Shown: positions 1-8,383 of the stretch, piece by piece | Layout of the letters: every line of letters starts with the position of its first letter | Numbering within the stretch: position 1 is the first letter of the stretch | Source of the DNA: an uncultured archaeon | Lineage (GTDB): Archaea > Asgardarchaeota > Heimdallarchaeia > Heimdallarchaeales > Heimdallarchaeaceae | Length of the DNA: 19,882 bases | Reading direction: 5' to 3' | Assembly (NCBI GenBank): GCA_964534625.1 | Contig: CAZHRF010000049.1 | Coordinates: forward strand, 1-19,882 | Notes under the pieces: model-generated | What the model was told of the DNA's origin: nothing | The model's input: the letters and a program-made list of their open reading frames with translations, nothing else | The model's database searches: none | Program-made: the position numbers and the translations under genes

Positions 1-1
1 A

Positions 2-355
2 TGGGGCGTAACTGAAGAGTATCGTGAATTTGCTAGAGAGGCAGCTGAAGACCATCTGAAGACAATATTAGAAAAAACAGATTGCATTGCTTATCGGGAT
101 TTACTGGAACAAATGTGGCATGATACCAACAACGAGCAGTTTCTACGCCTGAAACAACTTCTTGAGGATCTTGAACAAGAAGCAAAGCTTATTTTGCGTG
201 ATGAACTACTGATTAAAACAAAAATGACTGTGCTAAATTCTCGTCATACATCAAAATCAGCCCTTGAACAAATCTCCGTTTTTGAATTTGAACGAAGAGA
301 ACACAAATTTAGAGAGTTTCTTACCATGTTCAAACTGATAAATGAACACGCTTAG
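2..355 (+). CDS. C-terminal part of a hypothetical, charged alpha-helical protein (5' truncated by the window edge)
   Basis: The frame of ORF 113..355 stays open back to position 2 (WGVTEEYREFAREAAEDHLKTILEK...MWHD...), so ATG 113 is probably internal. A T-tract follows the stop. No family recognised. Confidence 0.7.
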   Translation, partial: WGVTEEYREFAREAAEDHLKTILEKTDCIAYRDLLEQMWHDTNNEQFLRLKQLLEDLEQEAKLILRDELLIKTKMTVLNSRHTSKSALEQISVFEFERREHKFREFLTMFKLINEHA

Positions 356-516
356 TTTTTTTAACGTTTTTATTCTCCTTCTCTAAAATTTTTAGTTTGT
401 CAGAATACAAACAGTCCAATTCAAGATAAACCTCCAATCCCAAGAACTTTCCATAAAACAATAAGGCAAGCTGTATAAATAAAATAATTAAAAAACTACT
501 GCGTGAAAACAAAGCT

Positions 517-1902
517 ATGAATAATGAACAAAGATTGTTTATATTTAGAAGAGATTTAAGATTAAATGACAATACTGCATTGTTAGCGGCTTTAAATGAA
601 TCACAACGGCATAAAGTTATTCCGCTATTTATTATTGATCCTTTTATTATGTCTAAAATGGGAGAAAATAAACATATCATTACCTTTCTTCGACAAGCGT
701 TGAAATCACTCGATGAAGAACTACGAGAACACAATAGCCAATTAAACCTAATCGAGGGAGTACCGCACCAAGTTGTTAAAAAAATCATCCAAAAACACAA
801 TGTAAAGAGTGTCTTTGTCAATGAAGACTATACCCCGTATACTCAACAGAGAGATAAAAAAATCGAACAAATATGTACAAGAAAAGGGCTATCTTTCAAG
901 TCTTTTAGAGATTTATTATTAATGGATCCTGAAAATATCTTTACATCTTCCAACTCTCCGTACCAGATATTCACCTATTTTTACAAGAAATGTAAGAAAA
1001 TAGGTGTTGTTGATTATCCGCAAAAAAATAAGCATCATAATTATGCTCAATCTAAATTAGATCTATGTAAACCCATCACGAAATTTAAAAGCCTAGACAA
1101 AAAAAACATTTCTACAAGAATTACAGGCAGTAGAAAAGCATGTGACGAAATCTTGGAAAGTTTGTCTAAATATACTAATTATGAGATAGAACGAGACTAT
1201 CCCGCTTTAGATGCAACTACGCATCTTTCAGCGTATCTTAAATTTGGTATATGCTCTCCCAGAGAAGTCTACCACCAGATAAAGAAACAACTAGGTACTG
1301 AACATCCGTTAATTAGACAACTTTTCTGGAGAGAATTTTATATCTACATCGCTCATCATTATCCTCATGTCTTTAAACATGCCTTCCATAGAAAATATGA
1401 TCAAATGGTATGGTCTGAAAATAAAGAAAATTTACAAGCTTGGAAAGAAGGTAAGACGGGTTTTCCTATCGTAGATGCAGGTATGCGTGAATTGGCTGAA
1501 ACAGGATATATGCATAATAGAATTAGAATGGTCGTAGCATCGTTTTTAGTCAAAGATTTACATGTTAACTGGCGAGAGGGAGAAGAACACTTTAGAAACT
1601 ACTTGGTTGATTGGGATTTAAGCATTAATAACGGCAACTGGCAATGGTCAGCTTCAACAGGTTGTGATGCTCAACCCTACTTCAGAATATTCAACCCTTG
1701 GTCTCAACAAAAAAAATATGATAAAGAATGTAGATATATCAAGAAGTGGGTAAATGAATTGCAAACACTGGAACCTAGAATCATACACAACTGGTTTAAG
1801 AACTATCAAGAACATACTAAAAAAACACAGTATCCAGCTCCAATAGTTGAACACAAACCAGAGAGTAAGAAAGCTAAGGAAGAATATAAACGAGTGAGTT
1901 AA
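517..1902 (+). CDS. phrB: Deoxyribodipyrimidine photolyase, class I CPD type
   Basis: N-terminal RRDLRLNDNTAL; LSAYLKFG; WREF; GKTGFPIVDAGMREL..GYMHNRIRM; NNGNWQW; DAQPYFRIFNP. Trp-triad positions (QMVW, VNWREG, GNWQW) are present. Confidence 0.96.
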   Translation: MNNEQRLFIFRRDLRLNDNTALLAALNESQRHKVIPLFIIDPFIMSKMGENKHIITFLRQALKSLDEELREHNSQLNLIEGVPHQVVKKIIQKHNVKSVFVNEDYTPYTQQRDKKIEQICTRKGLSFKSFRDLLLMDPENIFTSSNSPYQIFTYFYKKCKKIGVVDYPQKNKHHNYAQSKLDLCKPITKFKSLDKKNISTRITGSRKACDEILESLSKYTNYEIERDYPALDATTHLSAYLKFGICSPREVYHQIKKQLGTEHPLIRQLFWREFYIYIAHHYPHVFKHAFHRKYDQMVWSENKENLQAWKEGKTGFPIVDAGMRELAETGYMHNRIRMVVASFLVKDLHVNWREGEEHFRNYLVDWDLSINNGNWQWSASTGCDAQPYFRIFNPWSQQKKYDKECRYIKKWVNELQTLEPRIIHNWFKNYQEHTKKTQYPAPIVEHKPESKKAKEEYKRVS

Positions 1903-1920
1903 ATTATTCTTTTGATGACA

Positions 1921-1980
1921 AAAGGAAAGTAAACCAATATAAAGGAAAGTAAACCAAAGGAAAGTAAACCAAAGGAAAGC
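1921..1980. repeat. Tandem repeat, unit AAAGGAAAGTAAACC (3 perfect copies plus 1 partial)
   Basis: Copies at 1921-1935, 1941-1955 and 1956-1970, partial copy at 1971-1979, with a 5-nt insert AATAT after copy 1. Lies between convergent stop codons. Confidence 0.95.
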
Positions 1981-2006
1981 AAAGAGATAGATACTTTTTC
2001 TATTGC

Positions 2007-2852
2007 TTAAATCCCAACTATTTTTCTAAGTTCGTCAACTAGAGGCTTTGAATGAGTATTTAAATTAGAAACTAAATCTTTGTACACGGAATTTCTCATT
2101 GAATCGTGAATTCGTTTAGTTATATCAGCTTCATGCATCTTATCTTCTTCTGCTGCTATTAGTAATATATTATCATCAACTTCAGCATATACATCATACC
2201 AAGTCCAGTAAAGGAAGTGTCTGGTAACATTTTTCCATTTTTTTGGTTCAGCTTCATTCATCACACGAATATATTTTGCTGCTTGTATAGGTGATTCAGA
2301 TTTTCGCTTTTTTAACCACCAGCGTATGATTGGTTTCACTATGTACATTGTAAAAGCCGGAACAAATGGAATCAAATAACGCATACCTAGTGGGAGATCA
2401 ATACGAATTGCGGGAGCGATAAAAACCAAATGTTCAAAATTTACTTTGTTTTTTCTTAGAGCATCAGCAAGAACCACACACCCAAAACTAGAAGAACAAA
2501 GAATGGTTTTATCATTAGAGAGATTAAGTGAGTCTAGACATTCTTTTAAATCACTTGAAAAACGCTCTAAATCGTTTTTTGTCTTATAATTAAAGTTTTT
2601 AGAAGAAAACTTTTCTCTCGATTCTATATAAAAAATATTAAAGTCTTTTATCGCTTCTAAAAGTACATCATCCCATCCAAGCGGCACACTACCCCAACCA
2701 GGTAGCAAGACTAAGTTATATCCATTCGTTGTTTCTTCGGGTGCTTCAGTATGTAAATATCTCAGTTCTGTACCATCTGACATCTCTATATACGATTCAA
2801 TAGCCTTTTTCTCAAAAGCTGAAACCATATGTTCCTTAAAGCGATTTTCCAT
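2007..2852 (-). CDS. Alpha/beta-fold hydrolase (esterase/lipase-like)
   Basis: LVLLPGWGS oxyanion strand, ILCSSSFG nucleophile elbow (S-x-S-x-G), AAEEDKMH acid residue and a C-terminal NTHS histidine. Confidence 0.85.
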   Translation of the reverse strand: MENRFKEHMVSAFEKKAIESYIEMSDGTELRYLHTEAPEETTNGYNLVLLPGWGSVPLGWDDVLLEAIKDFNIFYIESREKFSSKNFNYKTKNDLERFSSDLKECLDSLNLSNDKTILCSSSFGCVVLADALRKNKVNFEHLVFIAPAIRIDLPLGMRYLIPFVPAFTMYIVKPIIRWWLKKRKSESPIQAAKYIRVMNEAEPKKWKNVTRHFLYWTWYDVYAEVDDNILLIAAEEDKMHEADITKRIHDSMRNSVYKDLVSNLNTHSKPLVDELRKIVGI

Positions 2853-2983
2853 CTATATCATTTGAAAAAAAAATTACTTTAATAAAAATGTTTGTAGAAG
2901 GAAGGGCACATACTTAAAATAGTAATTGGTTGAAAAAAAAATCGTTACATAGTTTTTTAAATAAGTGCAAGTAGATTTATTTT

Positions 2984-3853
2984 ATGAAACTTAAATTAGT
3001 AACCGATGCAAGTTGTGCAATACCAATAGAAACTTTAGAAGAAAGATCAATTGGTTATTTAGAATCGATTATCCTTATTGAAGAAGAATCTTATAGAGAA
3101 TGCACAGAATTGGATAGAAAGCAATTCATAGAGAGTTTACCTACCCGTGATCCTTATCCCTCATCTTCTCAAGCTTCTGTTCAAGATGCTTTTGATGTTT
3201 TTACTAAAGCATTTGAGCAAGGATACGACCATATACTTTACCTTAGTCTCACTCCTGAAATAAGTAGTGTTTCAAACTCTGCAAGAATGGCTATTAAACG
3301 AATGAAAGATAAAAAAGAAAATATTACCATATATCAAACAGATCTTGCTTGTACTGGACAGGGAGCTATGGTTGAACATGCGTGGAGATTATTACAAGCT
3401 GGGAAAAGTGTTGAAGAGATAATTACACATCTAGATTCTATAAAATCAGAAATATATACTTTAAGCGTAGGAGCTGATTTTGAGGCTGTTTTCAAATCAG
3501 GTAAAGTAAAGAAAAGTCCTATTTTAAATGTAGTATCTTCAACATTTAAACTCAAACCAATTGGAGAATTGCTTCCGGGTAAAGGTTTCGTGGCTATTGG
3601 AGCTGGAATGGGTTTTGGAAAGGCAATTAAAAAAATGATGGATAATATTGAAGAAAAAACGGATCCTAACAAAGAATATGAATTATATCTAGCTGATTGT
3701 TTTAATCCCAAGATGATGTCTAAAATCGAAAAAGAAGTTAAAGACATAAGAAAAATTTCAAAAACGTTTTATTGGCAGACCTCTTGCGTTACAGCTGTTT
3801 CAGCAGGACTAGGTAATGTAATGCTTACCCTTTGTCCCAAACTTGAGATATGA
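2984..3853 (+). CDS. degV: DegV/FakB family fatty-acid-binding protein (divergent)
   Basis: KLVTDASCAIP N-terminus, SSSQAS (TSQPS-like), YLSLTPEISS (ISSxLSG-like), TDLACTGQG and FKLKPI. Length of 289 aa is typical. Confidence 0.9.
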   Translation: MKLKLVTDASCAIPIETLEERSIGYLESIILIEEESYRECTELDRKQFIESLPTRDPYPSSSQASVQDAFDVFTKAFEQGYDHILYLSLTPEISSVSNSARMAIKRMKDKKENITIYQTDLACTGQGAMVEHAWRLLQAGKSVEEIITHLDSIKSEIYTLSVGADFEAVFKSGKVKKSPILNVVSSTFKLKPIGELLPGKGFVAIGAGMGFGKAIKKMMDNIEEKTDPNKEYELYLADCFNPKMMSKIEKEVKDIRKISKTFYWQTSCVTAVSAGLGNVMLTLCPKLEI

Positions 3854-4117
3854 GTCTCACTTCTTAACTAGACTCTATCTTTTTGCTTCAATAATGATTT
3901 TGAAAAAATGTTGGATATAACAAAAAACCCCATTTCACGCTTATTTTTTTTTTCATTTGGTTCTATAAAAATTAAAAATCAGATGGATATATCTCTTTTA
4001 TTAATATATTTGTAAATAGAATGTAAAATGTTTAAGGGATAATAAAAAAATAACAGAATGATACTAGTCTTTTAATAGAAAAACTATAAAAAGAAGTAAT
4101 GACAAAATATAGTTTGA

Positions 4118-5044
4118 GTGAACTTAATGATAAATATAGCAAAAATTAAACTAAAACTCCTCTTTGCATGTATTTTTTGTTTGGTTACACTAAGTACGCT
4201 TAATACATGTGCATTAACTCCGCCCTACGGAATTTCTAAGGATGAAGAATATGTATATAAAATTAATCGAGCAAAGTTTCTACTGAAGGTAAATGACACC
4301 CTCCTTACAAATTATACGAGTTTAACCTTAGAAAACAAAAATGTAACTATAAAAGTTGATAATATCGTTCCTTATACTGGCGAATCTTTCTTTACTAGTT
4401 TTGATGAAGTATTAGTAATCACCAGTCAAAATACTGTAGATAACTCAAAAACCATTCCTGTAGAAACATTTCTTGATCAATGGCTTAAAGATATCTTAGA
4501 GTATGGTGAATTAGCATATTATTACTTTTCAAGCAACCATGGAATGGATTTTTACACTTTTGATTATGAATATATTCCGGCGTATGAGATAGAGGAAAGA
4601 TTTTCTTCCTTAGCATTTGCAGCTACCACAAATAAAACATTTTATGAAAACTTAGGAGAAACCTTGACATTTATGTCAGAAGTTTATGTATTTGGCATTT
4701 CTTATAGCACTAGACTAGATACATATACAATTAACTGTAGTTTTGGTGTCAATGAATATAGCAATGATACTGGCGTAGATTATTCTAGAGACGGTTTTTA
4801 TAACTATTATAGTAAAATACGGACAGACAGAGGTTTGGTAGAAAATTATGATCTGAGATTTTATACAAAGATTATCAAAAATAATGCATCTGTAGAAATT
4901 GATATAGATTATAGCTTTAAATGGTATGTAGACGCTGTTACAGCTAGATTTGACTTCTATTTCATTCCCATGCCTTTTACGTTTGGACTACTAATTGTAT
5001 TTCTGCTTCCGAAAAGAAAAAAGAGCAAAGAGGATTTTAATTAA
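4118..5044 (+). CDS. Secreted surface protein with signal peptide and C-terminal membrane anchor
   Basis: Basic-hydrophobic N-terminus (KIKLKLLFACIFCLVTLSTLNTCA), Tyr/Asn/Thr-rich beta-type body with several N-x-S/T sequons, then a hydrophobic stretch and a KRKKSK tail. The start may be ATG 4127. Confidence 0.75.
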   Translation: MNLMINIAKIKLKLLFACIFCLVTLSTLNTCALTPPYGISKDEEYVYKINRAKFLLKVNDTLLTNYTSLTLENKNVTIKVDNIVPYTGESFFTSFDEVLVITSQNTVDNSKTIPVETFLDQWLKDILEYGELAYYYFSSNHGMDFYTFDYEYIPAYEIEERFSSLAFAATTNKTFYENLGETLTFMSEVYVFGISYSTRLDTYTINCSFGVNEYSNDTGVDYSRDGFYNYYSKIRTDRGLVENYDLRFYTKIIKNNASVEIDIDYSFKWYVDAVTARFDFYFIPMPFTFGLLIVFLLPKRKKSKEDFN

Positions 5045-5422
5045 ACATCTCTTTTTATATTTTTTTTATTTTTTGAGATCAAAAAAGCTTATTTTAGGAT
5101 AGGTAAAGTTTTTTTTTATGTCTTTTTTTATCTTCTTATTTTTAAAACCTACTCTGGGAGGGTTAATTGTCACAAGTACGCCTACCTTATACAACTGTTA
5201 AAACAGATAGTTCACAAATAAAAATAGTGTATGTATAATCTTAGCATTAGTAATTCCGAAATAGTATTCTATTTGTATGGTTTCTGTGATAGAATAGACA
5301 AAAATTTGCTTTAAAAGATAGAAAAATCAATAATTTCTTAATTCGGAAGTACTAAGCATTTACAAACTAATAAATACTATTTATAAGTGTTTGTGATAAC
5401 CTCAGTTTACTAAGGTATTTAT

Positions 5423-6850
5423 ATGTTTAATAATATAACCAAAAAATATATTGTGTTGATCAGCAGTGGTCTAATTACTGTTATCTTGATATCTGTGCTA
5501 TGCATAGTCTATATTAATCTGCCAGTTGATAAAAGCAGATATCAGTATCCCGAACCATTTTTTATTGGAGCAACATATTCAAACATGGCAGTTGAAAGTG
5601 ATTCACTCATACACTTCGCCCTTATAGCACGTAACAGCAGTAAGTTACAAGGGCTGGTATATGCTAAACTTGACACTGATAAAAACGCCATACAGTACGA
5701 AGTATTGACGCCGGGAGGGGGATTCATGTACCATTATCAGATACGAATAATATTAGATCCCGATAATACGCCCTATATATATCACTATTTCTTGGATGGA
5801 TGGGGAGTCAGCATGGGTGCAGCTATTAAAGCAAGGATAAATAACACATGGATATATCCAAATTTTTATACAAACCATAGTTACCCAAAATATAGGGGGG
5901 AGCTTCTTAATTGGCTATTTTCTGATCAAGGAGAGATCACATATGCGTTTATAGGCCGTGAGTACGGGTATTCTTCTACTCCTGTATTATTCAATGAAAC
6001 TACTGATGAATTTCATTTTTTAAATAATACTTTCCTTGAAATAAGTAATAGTTTTACCCCAGGAGATATATGTTTGATGAATGGAAATTTAGCCCTCCTC
6101 TGGACAAAACTATGGGTGACTAGTACAAATACACTAGAGTGCCATCCTGTCGTTGCAATTAATTGGACTACGAAAGGATGGGAATTATATGATTTAGGAA
6201 CCATAACCAACCAATTTTATGCAATCAAAATTATTCCTGAAAATGATGTATTTCACATTTTCTATTATGATAAAGGTGAAATAAGTTTAAATCCTCGGAT
6301 ATTTATGACGTCAATTCATAAACAAGGAAAAGTTATTACAAGACAAATAGCTCAATTTGACACCCCAATTTATTTTTACGAAGAAGCCATTTCTGATTTG
6401 GGAGAAAACAAATATGCCTTTATATATTCTAAAAAAGCATATAACAATGTTTCTCAGCGTGATTTATTCTTAGGTGTATTTAACGATTCAGCATTTCGAG
6501 AGGTTAGATTAACAGAAACACCAGAGCATACTGAAAGATGGGCGTATTGTAAAGTTAGTGAAAATTACTTGCATTATGGATGGACCCAACATCTTTTTGA
6601 TGGAACAGAAAGAGAAATTATAAAAGCTAATCTTTTTTACAATCGCCTTCTTCTCTCTGAGATTGATAATTTTTCTCTCTTTAATGTCAACAACTATACT
6701 CAAAACATGTTTCTTTTTCAAAAGACAAATCTATCCCTAAAAGAGAATCACTATTTACACACATTTATGATAAGATCCTTTCACAGCAATCTAATAGTGA
6801 ACCGGAGACTTCCCATCAAAAAGAACCAATTTTTCTCTTTTTATCCTTAG
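5423..6850 (+). CDS. N-terminally anchored extracellular protein, probable beta-propeller
   Basis: Single N-terminal TM segment (YIVLISSGLITVILISVLCIVYI) and recurring blade-like segments (AVESDSLIHFA, ILDPDNTPYIY, NDVFHIFYY, ENYLHYGW). The fold is inferred. Confidence 0.7.
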   Translation: MFNNITKKYIVLISSGLITVILISVLCIVYINLPVDKSRYQYPEPFFIGATYSNMAVESDSLIHFALIARNSSKLQGLVYAKLDTDKNAIQYEVLTPGGGFMYHYQIRIILDPDNTPYIYHYFLDGWGVSMGAAIKARINNTWIYPNFYTNHSYPKYRGELLNWLFSDQGEITYAFIGREYGYSSTPVLFNETTDEFHFLNNTFLEISNSFTPGDICLMNGNLALLWTKLWVTSTNTLECHPVVAINWTTKGWELYDLGTITNQFYAIKIIPENDVFHIFYYDKGEISLNPRIFMTSIHKQGKVITRQIAQFDTPIYFYEEAISDLGENKYAFIYSKKAYNNVSQRDLFLGVFNDSAFREVRLTETPEHTERWAYCKVSENYLHYGWTQHLFDGTEREIIKANLFYNRLLLSEIDNFSLFNVNNYTQNMFLFQKTNLSLKENHYLHTFMIRSFHSNLIVNRRLPIKKNQFFSFYP

Positions 6851-6854
6851 TTTT

Positions 6855-8372
6855 TTACTTATCTTCTTTTGCTTCAATCTGTTTAACTATTTTTTTAGCT
6901 GTTTTTATACCCGAAAGTAAACAATTTGGTACTCCTCCTCTACAAGTGTTAGCTCCAGCTAAGAAGAGATTCTTTATTGGTGTTTTGTATTTCACCTTAT
7001 CTTGGTTACGATGGGGACCATACCAAGCACCTAATCTATTGAGGGTATATCTCTCAAAAGTTAAAGGAGAAGAAGATTCTTTATATATAATGGAATCGCT
7101 TAAATTTGGAATAGCCTTTTCCGCTGTTGAAATAAGCTCATCAGCTATTTTTTCTTTCCATTTTTTATACTCATCATTTTTTATAGCATTAAACCTTGGA
7201 CTCCATTTTTCAACAGAACTATAAGGAGCAAGACTAAGAAGAATTAAAGCTGTTTCGTCTTTTTTACGTAAAGAGTGGTCAATATTAGAAGGTATGCGAA
7301 TACAAACATTATTTGTGTTAAATTCGCCATCAAGTACAGGTTGAATCATATCTTTATAGCTACCTTTGACTGTTAAATGGGAGGGAAGATAAGAAAGATC
7401 TTTATTTACAATGATAAAAACTGCAAAACCTGAAACAGATTGACTAATATTTTCAATTTTTTCTTTGTACTCATGTGGAAGATTATCATCTTCATTAATA
7501 TAATTTAGTAAAGTATTTTTTACATCAGCATTCGAGATTACCCAATCAGCTGAGATAACAGAACCATCAGTAAGTTTAACATGGGTAGCTTTACCATTTT
7601 CTATGTTGACTTTTTCAACTAAAGAGGAATAACGGATTTCCCCACCTTTATCTTGATAAAACTTTACTAGACTTTGGGTAAAAGCATTCATGCCCCCTTT
7701 AGCATAGTAGTTTCCCCGCGAATGGATATAACCAAATAAAACGCCTGTTGAAACAGCAGAGAGTTTATCAACGGGCATACCTAACCATAAAGTGAAAAAA
7801 CTCAACACATCATGGAGTTGTGGATCAGAGAGATAACGATGGAGAATAACATCAAAATTTTTCTTAAAATTAAGCAAAATTTTAGGACTTTTTAGAAAAA
7901 ATTTAACTAACATCCATAGGCTCTGCTTGTATTTATCAGGAGCAAAGGGTATATATTCTTCAGTCATTGCAAGAATATAATCAAAATACTTGTCTATTCC
8001 CTTCTTCTCTTTAGGAAAGTGATTATATAATTCTTCTTTATATTTAGCTATATCGCTATAAATTGTTATAACCCTATCTGGATAGTGAATAACCTCTAAA
8101 GGTTCTTCTTTGATAAAATCATGATGAAATCCTATCTCTTGAAACCATTTATCCATGAGTTGATTCTTACCCACATAAATACTACCTTCCGCTCCAGCAT
8201 CAAAATAGTGTCCTCTACGAGTAAATCCACTAACATATCCCCCAGGGATAGTATGTTGTTCTAGAATTACTGTCTTTAAGGTAGGCTTAGAAACTTGTAA
8301 TTGAATACCCGCGGATAGACCACCCATTCCCGAGCCTATAATGACCACATCATATTTTTGCATTTTTTTCAC
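6855..8372 (-). CDS. FAD-dependent oxidoreductase, phytoene desaturase (CrtI)/RetSat superfamily, paralog B
   Basis: YDVVIIGSGMGGL Rossmann motif, PGGY..F.R.GHYFDAG, VISNAD, SPLTFERYT..GAWYG and TPIKNLFLAG. Start is GTG 8372 or ATG 8363. Confidence 0.92.
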   Translation of the reverse strand: MKKMQKYDVVIIGSGMGGLSAGIQLQVSKPTLKTVILEQHTIPGGYVSGFTRRGHYFDAGAEGSIYVGKNQLMDKWFQEIGFHHDFIKEEPLEVIHYPDRVITIYSDIAKYKEELYNHFPKEKKGIDKYFDYILAMTEEYIPFAPDKYKQSLWMLVKFFLKSPKILLNFKKNFDVILHRYLSDPQLHDVLSFFTLWLGMPVDKLSAVSTGVLFGYIHSRGNYYAKGGMNAFTQSLVKFYQDKGGEIRYSSLVEKVNIENGKATHVKLTDGSVISADWVISNADVKNTLLNYINEDDNLPHEYKEKIENISQSVSGFAVFIIVNKDLSYLPSHLTVKGSYKDMIQPVLDGEFNTNNVCIRIPSNIDHSLRKKDETALILLSLAPYSSVEKWSPRFNAIKNDEYKKWKEKIADELISTAEKAIPNLSDSIIYKESSSPLTFERYTLNRLGAWYGPHRNQDKVKYKTPIKNLFLAGANTCRGGVPNCLLSGIKTAKKIVKQIEAKEDK

Positions 8373-8383
8373 TTCTTTTCAAT

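Noticed and set aside
330-821. 163-aa minus-strand ORF
   Set aside because: It is mostly antisense to the photolyase and has no recognisable motif.
1921-1980. Possible mini-CRISPR
   Set aside because: The 15-bp units are directly adjacent with no unique spacers, and there are no cas genes.
3334-3747. 137-aa minus-strand ORF
   Set aside because: Antisense shadow of DegV.
5067-5195. About 40-aa Lys-rich minus-strand ORF
   Set aside because: It arises from reading the T-rich terminator tract of gene 4118 backwards and has no ATG.
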